Part shown: positions 24,726 through 36,091 of the stretch, piece by piece
Layout of the letters: every line of letters starts with the position of its first letter
How positions within the stretch are numbered: position 1 is the first letter of the stretch
Assembly: GCA_038087875.1 (NCBI GenBank)
Contig: CM075984.1
Span: 9,672,001-9,736,000, forward strand
Origin: Malacoraja senta
Taxonomy: Eukaryota
Length of the DNA: 64,000 bases
Direction of reading: 5' to 3'
Translations under genes and position numbers: made by a program
Notes under the pieces: model-generated
Told to the model about the DNA's origin: nothing
The model's input: only the letters and a program-made list of their open reading frames with translations
The model's database searches: none

Positions 24726-24877
24726 TTTACCACATATATATATTGGTAAATATATGGTATTGGTCACCTATCCATGTTCTCCAGAGATACTGTCTGACCT
24801 GCTGAGTCACTCCAGCACTTCGTAACCTTCTTTGAACTTCCTTTCTGAAAATGACGTGATACAAGATCAATAGTGTT

Positions 24878-25550
24878 AGACAATAGGTGCAGGAGTAGGC
24901 CATTCGGCCCTTCAAGCCAGCACCGCCATTCAATGTGATCATGACTGATCATCCACAATCAGTACCCCGTTCCTACCTTCTCCCCATATCCCCTGACTCT
25001 GCTATCTTTAAGAGCTCTATCTAACTCTCTCTTGAAAGCATCCAGAGAACCTGCCTCCACTGCCTTCTGAGGCTTAGACTTCCACATTCTCACAACTCTC
25101 TGTGTGGAAAAAGTTTTTCCTCGTCTCCGTTTTAAAATGGCTTACCCCTTATTCTCAAACTGTGGCCCCTTGTTCTGGACTCCCCAACATTGGGAACATG
25201 TTTCCTGCCTCTAGCGTGTCCAAACCCTTAATAATCTTATATGTTTCAATAAGATTCCCTCCCATCCTTCCAAATTCCAGAGTATACAAGCCCAGCCGCT
25301 CCATTCTATCAACATATGACAGTCCGTCATCCCCGGGAATTAACCTGCTGAACCAACGCTGCACTCCCTCAATAGCAAAAATGTCTTCCTCAAATTTGGA
25401 GACCAAAACTGCACACAATACTCCCGGTGTGGTCTCGCTAGGGCCCTGTACAACAGCAGAAGGACCTTTTTGCTCCTATACTCAACTCCCCTTGTTATGA
25501 ATGCCAACATGCCATTCGCTTTCTTCACTGCTGCTGTACCTGCATGCTTT
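24878..25550 (-). mobile_element. Young CR1 LINE 3' fragment
   Basis: ORFs 25340-25528 (KKANGMLAFI..RPHREYCVQFW) and 25155-25418. Confidence 0.9.
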
Positions 25551-26046
25551 GCTTTATATCTGAGATTGGTAGAGTTTTGTTAATCAAAGATACTGGGGAA
25601 AATAAGGTAAAAATGGATACATTAAATTAGCTCATGGATCAGCTAAATCTCCATGAATGGTGGAACGTCTTAAGTAACTGGCTGGCTTACTCCTACTAGA
25701 TTCCTATGCACTGTAGAAACATCAAAGGATTAATGCAAAGAAACAAGTCTATGCTTGGCAGGTATATGAATATTCCATAATTATTTTGAAGGACATTCAC
25801 ATCTGATATTTTATTATTCGGACAATGTTGAGGGGATTATGTGTATGAATTCATAAAAGTAACCATAATTCTGTAATGCACTCCTATTATGAACTTTTTC
25901 TATCAGGGAGAATATTTTGTTTCATTGCCATTTGCTTTCCAACTAAAAATGGATTGAGCAAGGCACCAAGTTTGTGCAAAACATTATTTTTCATAAAATA
26001 ACCCATGTCATTTGTACATTTGGCTCCAAAATATGTAATACCTTAC

Positions 26047-26219
26047 TTGGCAAATGATGATGTTAAATAAATCTTCCAACCTTCTGCTCTTCTCTGAGCA
26101 TCCAGTTCCTTTTGGAGGTTGTAATTGAAATTCAGTGTCCACCGTTCTTCAAGACCCTCTTCTTCTATACAGCTGGTGAAGTGAGTGAACCAAGGGTTTG
26201 TTCCAGGAACTTCTGCCAT
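26047..26219 (-). CDS. RTP-family gene, first coding exon
   Basis: ACAATGG start at 26219; MAEVPGTNPWFTHFTSCIEEEGLEERWTLNFNYNLQKELDAQRRAEGWKIYLTSSFA + AA|gtaagg. The phase-2 junction (AA+A = Lys) fits the next exon. Acceptor tttag|G at 26248/26247. Confidence 0.88.
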
Positions 26220-26699
26220 TGTGTACTGTCTTGAAATATGTAAAGACCTAAAGATGTTAGATCAGAGGGAAAGGGTATCAGTTCCCCAGACGTGTAGGAA
26301 AGAACTGCAGATGCTGGTTTAAATTAAAGGTAGACACAAAATGCTGGAGTAACTCAGCGTGTCAGGCAGCGTCTCTGGGGAGAAGGAATGGGTGACGTTT
26401 TGGGTCGAGACCCTTCTTCAGTCTGACTATCCCTTCGTCCATGAACCTCAAACACACCGTGGCTATCATCATCCCACCCTCACCCTACCTTCCCTGAACA
26501 TTATTAGGAGGTGATAGCAACCCACAGAAAAAAATCCCTCTGGTCCTCATGCATGTTGGTTGTTCCTAAGACTTGGATCAACTCAAAAGTGTCTCTCACT
26601 GAATTCAAGAGGAATGTGCACGTCATCATATGACAAATCTGTCTTTGAAATTAAGGCATGTTCAACTGAGCCTAGAGTGTAGAAAGCTCTGACTCATGA

Positions 26700-27620
26700 C
26701 ATGACAGCAGCCGTCCGTCAAATTCACTTTTTCTTTAGTTTTAGCTTTTTTTATTTCTCTGTTTTTTTGGGGAATTTTTACTTTTAATGTGGGGGGGTAA
26801 GGGGAAACTATTTCTAGGTCCCTACCTGGTCGGTGAGGCAGCTTTTTCTCCGGGCTGCCTCATCGACCCGTCCTCGTGGCCTACCAGCGGGCATGGAGCG
26901 CCGTTTCCTGACGGGGACCGCCCAGCACCTTCAGCTTCGGTCGGCGGCACAGCGCTGGAGTGCTATCGTGGAGCGTAGCGGCGATGCCTTGCCTGGGTCG
27001 CCGCGCTGGGTCGACGCGGTGGAGCTCCGGTATGCGGTGACCGCCGAGATCAACACCTCCAGGCTGCGGGTCTGCGGAGCGACCAGCCGCGGGCGGCGGC
27101 GCCGACTTTAACATCGGGAGCCTCGTGGCTCCAACTCGGCGCGGCCCTGTCGGCTTCAGGTGCCATCGACTCCGCTGGGAAACCGGCCGTTCCTGCCGCT
27201 GCGAGGACTCTCCCGACGGCCAGGAACATCGGGCCTCCGTAGAGGCAACTGTGGCGGCCTCGATGGGCCTGACTCTGGGGAGAACTGGGTTGGGGACTGG
27301 TCATTGTGCCTTCCCCCACAGTGGTAACCATTGTGGGGGGATGATTTTGTGTGCTGTGCCTGTTAGTCTGTGTGCAAGATGGCGGTCGGAGGGGAGAGTG
27401 GACGCTGGCGTGGTTTGGCTGCCGCTGCTCTCCTCAAATTGTGTTTCTTATTTTCTTTTTGTGCTTTTGTAATTGAATTCTGTCCTTGATTTGTGTACTG
27501 TGGTGTTTTTATATTTAATTTATTCCGATTATGTGATTTGTATTTTTGTGATTCTATGCCTTGTAAGGTGTCCTTGGGTTTTAGAAAGACGCCAGCAAAT
27601 AAAATGAATTATTACTATTA
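26700..27620 (+). mobile_element. GC-rich dispersed repeat, close relative of 61850-62570(-)
   Basis: Long near-identical blocks (ggtccctacctggtcgg...gggcctccgtagaggcaactgtgg...ggggactgg) shared with the reverse-strand copy; AATAAA and (ATT)n tail. Confidence 0.7.
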
Positions 27621-28014
27621 TTATTATTGTTTTTCATGAATGATCAACTTACTCATCTTATTGCCAAAGATCCTGCAGGAGTAACAGAATGAGTGACTGT
27701 TTTGATGGGCTTTCCCAAAAGATGCTGCTGGATTCCTTGGAAGCAGCAAAAAAAACTCCCAAAATCTAATGGGCAAATAAAAAATGAAACATTCTTTCAA
27801 ATTAATTACATAGCACAATCAACTTCATCTCTACCATTGGCTTTTATTTCAACACTATGATGGCATATCCATTTTAATATGAACACAATTTGAATATCGT
27901 ATTTGTAAGATTCCAAACTCATGCTAGATCTAAAGCATCCTGTCCGAAGATTTATCTGATCTCTTTTTAAGTCCTGACTGCTCAAGTTAGGAAGCCCAGC
28001 TCCAAGCTGAACCA

Positions 28015-29833
28015 GACAGGATATTGCACACATACATGATGGATGTGCTCACCAAAGTGGATTTTGGGGAGGGAATCAGGAATTGGATCCAACTGCTCTA
28101 CACCGATATCTGTTGTGCAGTCCAAATCAATGGGTGGGAATCAGACAGCTTCCCGTCGGGTCTGGAGTCAGGCAGGGTTGTCCTCTCTCACCTGTATTGT
28201 TTGTCTGTTGCATAGAACCTTTTGCCGAGTCCATCAGGAAGGACGTGAGCATAAGAGGAGTGACATTGCCAGGCAGTGGGGGCACTCAGGTCAAAACTTC
28301 CCTGTACATGGACGATGTCGCTGTCTTCTGCTCGGATCCCGGGTCGATCCGCAGATTGATTAGCATCTGCAACCAGTTTGAGTCGGCCACGGGGGCCAGG
28401 GTGAACCGCAGGAAGAGCGAGGCCATGCTCTTTGGCAACTGGCCCGACCGATCTTCCGTCCAATTCACCAGCCTGACTTCTTGAAGGTGCTGGGGATCTG
28501 GTTTGGGGGGGGGGGGGGGGGGGCTAGGGCGTGTGACAAGAATTGGCTGGAGTGGATAGCCAAGGTGGGGAAGAAACGAGCTGTGGAAGCAGCGCTCCCT
28601 CTCTATAACGGGGAAAAATCTGGTCATCAGGTGTGAGGAGCTCTTGGGGATGCTGTACTTGCACATGTGGCCTGTCCCTCCCTCCTACGCCACAGGGATC
28701 ACCCGGGCCGTCTTCCAGTTCATCTGGGGGTCGAGGATGGAATCGGTGCGACGTGCCACAATGCACAAGTCGGCAGACAACGGGGGTAAAAACGTGCCCA
28801 ACGTCGCCCTCACCCTGATGGCCACCTTCGTGTGTGGCTGCATCAGGCGGAGCGTAGAGCCAAGGCACATGGGCCCCGTGTCACTACCTGCTGAGGTTCT
28901 ACCTGTTCCCGGTGTGCGAAGGATGGGCCTGGCGCAGATGCCATGCAATGTGCCAGTCAGCTGCACCATCAGTTGTTCGTAGAATGGTTCTTCTGGATCA
29001 ATACCTTTGACCATGTCCATTGGGCAGTGGTCAGCACGGAACGTCCTGCAGGCACTGCAGGGAAATGACTCCATAAATCCAGTGGCATGGTTCCAAGAGC
29101 AGACTGCCCAGCTAGTCTGGCGCAATGCCTCAGAACTCACCAACAAACACCAAGACCTGGTTTGACTGGCGGTGAGGGGAGCCCTCCGTCAGATTCTTCC
29201 TGCACTGTCGGAACCTCACCACCAGCACACGCTGCCCTCAGCCGACTGCTATGGAGAGCAGACGGTTGCCCACCTCTTTGCAGAGTGGATTTTCAAAAAG
29301 AGTGGAGAGGTTTACAAGGGTCCCTGTCACGATTTATTTTGAACAGCTCCATAACAGAGTACTGTGATTTACCGACTGTTCCCAGGGACTCATTCAGAGA
29401 CGGACATCGAGTGCTGCTGCAAGGTCATCAACTTGGTGAAAGACGCTCTGGTCTGCCCGAGCTTTGTTGACTTCCCAGCAGAGCGAGATGTCTGTCGGGG
29501 AATGTTGCCGACTGGCCGCTGCAGACTGCAGGAGTACGTGCTGAGGGACGAACTGAAGCTTGGTGCAGCCAACGCCAAGGCTCTGTGGGGGAAGACCACA
29601 GTCTAGGGTCTTTGCACTGCTGGTCATTGGGGCAGGGTGTGGTGGAGATGCCCCTCAAAATTCACACCAGGGGGCCACATGAGTGGCAAGAGTGTGGGAT
29701 AAAGTTGTGTGATTTGTGTAAACAGTATTGAATGTTTGTATAGCCTCCAAGCATGTCGGATACATTTTTTGCGTGGTTCCTATATTGTACTTATTTTTTA
29801 CTTGAATAAAGTTTATTTTGATTTTTAGAAAAA
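28015..29833 (+). mobile_element. Tx1-type (L1 clade) LINE, 5'-truncated and frameshifted
   Basis: SGVRQGCPLSPVLF..IEP, LYMDD, FIWG..RATM, C-terminal CCHC-like ETVAHLF; AATAAA and an A-rich end. Confidence 0.88.
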
Positions 29834-30426
29834 GCGTGATAAATGCCCCATCCATCCAAGTTGTGAACTTCCTCTTTGAAGTACTATTTGCAATCTTCAA
29901 CCAACATTTGACTACATAAACTCTGGAAAAAATTAACTTTAACAGTAAGAATACAATTCAAGTTATGAAAGAATTACATGGTTTCTATATTCAATTGATC
30001 TATTGCTCGAAATAGATTTATCAATTATGAAATTTGGTTTGGTGGTGTATAAATAGCAATTGAACTTTTCGGTTTCAATTTTGTTTCAGTTCAAGCTGTG
30101 TTCTTTGGTTTTTAGTGGCATTTAGAAAATTCAGACACTTCCTATTATTTCAAAAAGCTTAATTCGAGATACACATTTTGGTCACAACAAAGCACAATGA
30201 AATCAAAAGCCAAATTAATAACAATTACTGGCTAACTTGAGTTTTACCTGAATTATTTCCTTGATTAACCTTTTTTCGTGCAATCATAAACTCCCTTTTG
30301 TTTTTTGCCCATCTCTGTTCCTGCTTTTACACGACTGGAATTTTTCACCACTGTCTCAACACCAATCCTGACATTCTCACCATGAGATCAGTCTACATTC
30401 TTCATGAGGATATTAATAGATACATG

Positions 30427-30815
30427 GACAATAGACAATAGACAATAGGTGCAGGAGTAGGCCATTCGGCCCTTCGAGCCAGCACCGCCATTCAATGTGA
30501 TCATGGCTGATCATCCCCAATCAGTACACCGTTCTCACCTTCTCCCCGTATCCCCTGACTCCGCTATCTTTAGGAGCCCTATCTAGCTCTCTCTTGAAAG
30601 TATCCAGAGAACAGGCCTCTACCGCCCTCCGAGGTAGAGAATTCCACAGACTCACAACTCTCTGTGAGAAAAAGTGTTTACTCGTCTCCGTTCTAAATGG
30701 CTTACCCCTTATTCTTAAACTGTGGCCCCTGCTTCTGGACTCCCCCAACATCGGGAACATGTTTTCTGCCTCTAGTATTTCCAAACCCTTAACAATCTTA
30801 TATGTTTCAATAATG
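30427..30815 (-). mobile_element. Young CR1 3' fragment
   Basis: ORF 30521-30784 SRGHSLRI..FFSQRVVSLWNSLP; (GACAATA)n tail. Confidence 0.9.
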
Positions 30816-31917
30816 TATTCTTAAGCAAATTGAATGATAACTTTTATTTCCATATGTTAATATTTCTCTCATCTTTACGACTGAAAACAAACAAAATAAG
30901 ATTTTCCAGGTTTGCCTTCCAAGGTGTTTCATCGGTTAAATCAATAGGATCAAGAAGGATCCTGACCCAAGACGTCGCCAAACCATGTTCTCTGCATATG
31001 CTGCCTGACACGCTGAGTTACTCCACAACTTTGTATCTTCTTTTGAAAACTAGCATCTGTAGTTCGTTTGTGTCTTATTTAAAATAGCTGGTCATGCTGA
31101 AAGCCAAGTGGATAGGCAGTTAAAATAGCCAATGCTACTAATCACCAGGCGAGGGCGTGGGTCGCACATGCTGCTTTCAAATGGAATTGGCACATTTGGA
31201 TTTTAAAAAATAAGTTCACTGTACATTTTATTACAGCAATGAAAGGGTTGGCTGGATCCCAAAGTGATGCTTCACTTTCTTTTGAAGGTAGACCTTGCAG
31301 AGAAGGGCTTAAAACCAGAACGGGAGCAGGGTTTCGGGTATTCAAGCATGGCTCCTCCTGGCTTAGCTGTTTCTCAGTTTCATTATCTTATCTATCCTTT
31401 AATACATTTATCCAGTCTGTCAGCCTCAGCTTTTGGATATTTCAGCAGCACAACATTAGTTCTGGATAAGGAGTTATTGCCACTTCAGTCCGCCATTTGT
31501 GGTAATATTGCTTCAAGATATTTCTAAAAAAGTAACCCTTTGCTGGCATTGGCAAATGTCAGTTTATAAGCCCTGGAATTTGAGAGAGTTGCCATCTAGT
31601 CCAATGCCACCTCTCTCCTAGTTGGCAGTCGTGATAGGATTCATAGCCAAGACTCCTCTTTTGGATCATTGGTTTCACCCTTATTTTGTGAACAAAATGG
31701 CTGCAGCATGTAGCATTCATGGGTTACTGGGTGTCCTGCAAAAATGTTGCTAAGTAGGTGAGAAACACGTTTGAATGATTGCAAAGCTGATCAATGCAGA
31801 ATTTGTAGTTTATGAGGGCGCGCTTACCGACAGATCCTAGATCTGATACAACAGCGTGCGTGCGTGTTGCATGTGCAGTTGACGCCGCGCACGAATGATT
31901 CACCGCTATATTTTGCC

Positions 31918-34290
31918 CGTCTCTGTAACCCCCCTCCCATCCAGTCCCCCTCCCCTCCCCCTCAATGTTCCGTCCCTCTCAATGTCCCTCCCCCTCAATG
32001 TCCCCTCCCCTCCATGTCCCCTCTCCCTCAATGTTCACTCCCCATCTCCCTCAATGTCCAGTCCCGTCAACTCCCCGCCCCCCTCTCACCCTGTCCCCTC
32101 CCATACCCTCCTCCTCTCCCTTAATATCCTCCCTCCTTCACTCTCCTCCCCCACCGCACCCTCACGGTGTTGTCCCATCTCCCTCTCTCCTCCCCTCCCC
32201 TCCCCATCGCCTCTCCCTCCCCCTCTCCCTCTCCCTTCTCACCCATCTCCCTCCCCCTCCATGTCCCCTCTCCCCACCCCTCGCATTCCCTCCCGTCCCA
32301 TCGAATCAGTCCTGGGATACAGAGTCACACAGCGTGGAAAGAGGCCCTTCGAACCAATGTTCCCACAACGACCAATGTCTCCTCCCCTCCTCTCAACATC
32401 CCCTCACCTTCAATTTCCTCTCCCCCTCAATGTCTGCTCCCCTCCCCTTCCCCTCAATGTCCCCTCCCCTCAATGTCCCTTCCCCTCCCCTCCCCATCAG
32501 CGTCCCCTTCCCCTCAATGTCCCCTCTTCCTCATTGACCCCTCTCCCTCCCCCTCAATGTCCCCTCCTCTCCCCCTCAATCGGGTCCCACATAAGAGATT
32601 AGCATATAAACTTAAAGCAAATGGTATTGCGGGTTCAGTATTGATGTGGATAGAGACTGGCTGGCAGACAGGAAGCAAAGAGTAGGAGTAAATGGGTCCT
32701 TTTTCCAGAATGGCAGGCAGTGACTAGTGGGTACCGCAAGGCTCAGTGCTGGGACCCCAGCTATTTACAATATATATTAATGAGCTGGATGAGGAATTGA
32801 ATGCAACATCTCCAAGTTTGCAGATGACACAAAGCTGGGGGCAGTGTTAGCTGTGAGGAGAATGCTAGGAGGCTGCAAGGTGGCTTGGATAGGTTGGGTG
32901 AGTGGGCAAAGGCATGGCAGATGCAGTATAATGTGGATAAATGTGAGGTTATCCACTTTGGTGGCAAAAACAGGAAAGTAGACTATTATCTGAATGGTGG
33001 CCGATTAGGAAAAGGGGAGATGCAATGAGACCTGGGTGTCATGGTACACCAGTCATTGAAAGTAGGAATGCAGGTGCAGCAGGCAGTGAAGAAAGCCAAT
33101 GGTATGTTAGCATTCATAGCAAAAGGATTTGAGTATAAGAGCAGGGAGGTTCTACTGCAGTTGTACAGGGTCTTGGTGAGACCACACCTGGATATGCATA
33201 CAGTTTTGATTTCCTAATCTGAGGAAAGACATTCTTGCCATAGAGGAGTACAGAGAAGGTTCACCAGACTGATTCCTGGGATGGAAGGACTTTCATATGA
33301 AGAAAGACTGGATAGACTCGGCTTGTACACGTTGGAATTCAGAAGACTGAGGGGGGATCTTATAGAAATTCTTAAGGGTTGGACAGGCTAGATGCAGGAA
33401 GATTATTCCCGATGTTGGGGAAGTCCAGAACTAGGGTCACAGTTTAAGGATAAGAGGGAAGACTTTTAGGACCGAGATGAGGAAATCATTTTTTTTACAC
33501 AGAGAGTGGTGAATCTGTGGAATTCTCTGCCACAGAAGGTAGTTGAGGCCAGTTCATTGGCTATATTTAAGAGGGAGTTAGATGTGGCCCTTGTGGCTAA
33601 AGGGATCAGGGGGTATGGAGAGAAGGCAGGGATGGGATACTGAGTTGGATGATCAGCCATGATCATATCAAATGGCGGTGCAGGCTCGAAGGGCCGAATG
33701 GCCTACTCCTGCACCTATTTTCTATGTTTCTATGTTTCAATGTCCCATCCCCCTCAATGTTCCCTCTCCCTCAATGTCCCCTCCCCCTCCCCCTCAATGT
33801 GCCCTCTCCCTCAATGTCCCCTCCCCTCAATGTCCCTCCCCCTCAATGTCACTCCCCCTACCCTCCCGACCCCCTCTCTCCCATCTCTGTAACCCCCTCC
33901 CCCTCCCGTCCCCTCTCCCTCAATGTCCCGTTATCTCTCCCTCCCATACCGTCCCCTCCCGTTCCCTCCTCCTCTCCTCAATATACCCCCCTCCTCCACT
34001 CTCCTCTCTACCTACGCACTGCGCCCCTCACAGCCCCATCCCATCTCCCTCCCCTCGCGTCCCCTCCACTGTCCTTCCCTCCCCTCTCCCTTAATATCCT
34101 CCACTCTCCTCCCCACCATGCCCCTCAGGGTGCTGTCCCATCATCCCCTCCCCTTTCCATCCCCCTCCCATCCCTCTTTCTCCCCTCCCCCTCCCCATCC
34201 CCACTCCCTCCCCCTCTCCTTCCTCACCCCTCTCCCCCACCCTTAGCATTCCCTCCCGTCTCATCAACTCAGTCCTGGGATACAGTCACA
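31918..34290. repeat. C-rich (CCCTCAATGT-based) low-complexity tandem region, duplicated and split by a CR1
   Basis: 31918-32340 and 33882-34290 are similar blocks, both ending in tcagtcctgggatacag. Confidence 0.8.
32582..33737 (+). mobile_element. CR1 LINE RT 3' fragment
   Basis: PQGSVLGP..FADDT..RPHL motifs with frameshifts; (TTCTATGT)n tail. Confidence 0.9.
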
Positions 34291-34712
34291 CCGGCCCAAC
34301 GTTCCCACACCTGCCCCGTCTACACTAGTCCTTATTGTCCCTTACATGCCACGTCCTACACTCACCTTTTGTCCCTTATTTGGGAGTGAGGAAGTTGGAA
34401 ACCCTCTATGTTGGCGATATTGTCTTGTGCATTAATAATGTTAGAAAAATGCCAGCTCATTAAATTGAATTGCACCCGGGAAGTCTTCAATTCAATTTCC
34501 CAAATTGTCAGGTCTTTATGTTGAAATGCATTTTTAATGTGATTTTCAATTAATGTATATTGACTCATTTTCAAGGCCTTTATGTTTTCTAAGCAGCCAA
34601 ATTACATTCCTGCAGAAAGATTTCTCATAAAACAGAGTAGGTAATGTCTGTAAAAGTCACACATTGGCAAAAGAACTATAATTGAAAATTACAGAAGATA
34701 AAATGTCCTTAC

Positions 34713-34850
34713 CTTTCACTTTGCCGATTCTTCCAACACAATGAAATAATTATATCTGTAAGCAAATTTCCTTGGCTCTGTAACAAATTGGATTGTTTTG
34801 TTCTGGAGAGGAGTTGCTCTCTTTACAAAATATATTCAGAAAGCTGGATG
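34713..34850 (-). other. Probable non-coding first exon of the RTP gene
   Basis: Strong donor AAG|gtaagg at 34713/34712, about 155 bp downstream of the ISRE. The 5' boundary is a guess. Confidence 0.45.
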
Positions 34851-34868
34851 GTGATCAGTTCTAGACTA

Positions 34869-35080
34869 AGTTTCACTTTCCTATGTCATTTCCAAGAAAT
34901 CACATGACAGTAAAATTTGAGCAATATTTAAATTTGATTGGACTTTATATAGCATTCGTAAAAAGGCTAACTTTATTAAAATTGGGCATTATAAACTAAT
35001 CTTCCCAGCCATAAATTAAAGATGTAATTTTGCACACTGCTTGTTTTTACTTTATCTTAACATTGGTGGAAAATGAAACT
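34869..35080. promoter_or_regulatory. Interferon-response module: ISRE + GAS + second ISRE
   Basis: AGTTTCACTTTCC (34869-81), TTCCAAGAA (34890-98) and GGAAAATGAAACT (35068-80), all consensus matches in unique AT-rich DNA. Confidence 0.7.
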
Positions 35081-36091
35081 GGGTGTTAAATAAATAGATT
35101 AGTTGGAGTTGCCATTAATATCGCATATTCCATCTGTGTACTCTGTAGCATTTGGTTACAAATTCTAGAGCATAACTTCTAAAACAGGGTATATATAGTT
35201 GATAATCAACTTTTCCTGGAGCAATACTATTGTTCTATTTTCATGTGTCTGTTAGGCAATACACAAAATGATGGAGTAACTCAGCGGACAGGCAGCATCT
35301 CGGGAGAGAAGGAATGGGTGATGTTTCGGATCGAGTCATTCTTTAGATTGTCTCTCAGGCATTTGACTCTTGGATTTTCAGCGAGCTTATTTACTGGAAA
35401 AATATGTGCCAAATGATATTAACAGTGTTCAACACAACAATTGTCTGCAGTGAGAATTTTAAATTCTTATTTATCTACTGGACAACCCTCCATGCTTTGC
35501 CCTCAGTGTGATATATGATCTTCTCTGATGTTAAGTAATGCCTCACATGTCTGTCTAGATAGCATTATCTGTGAGAGCCAAAGGCACACTCAGCTTCCCG
35601 GCCCCAGTATTACTCCTGGTTGCGTGCCTAGGGGAGGTACTGCTGCTTAAATATCTTATACTGCTGCATAAGTGAGTCCAAACAACTTCCCGGTCAAGAA
35701 CGAAAAACATGTACGATTCCTTTAGCCACAAGATCAGTCAGAGCAGGTAAGGTGCTTGCCTTACCCATAGTGTGGGCTTTCTAGATTGTGTTGGGTTTCT
35801 CCTGAAGCAACATCCTGTCCAAAACTCTGTCTGATTTCTACCTCGCACAAGAGACATATCTCTTCCCAGTTATTGTACTGTGCTAGCTTGTGTCATACTG
35901 TGCATGAGATTCGGGAATAATATTCCAACCTTCTTTCTCATCATTGTAATATCCATTCACTGAGAAACAATTCTCCTTTGATTCCAGCTCATCACTGCTT
36001 GTTATTGTAGTATTCCTTTATGTTAGCTGTACAGATTGTATGTGCTGGACAAAATGGACAAAATGGACAAAATGTCTATAATGCTAGATAT

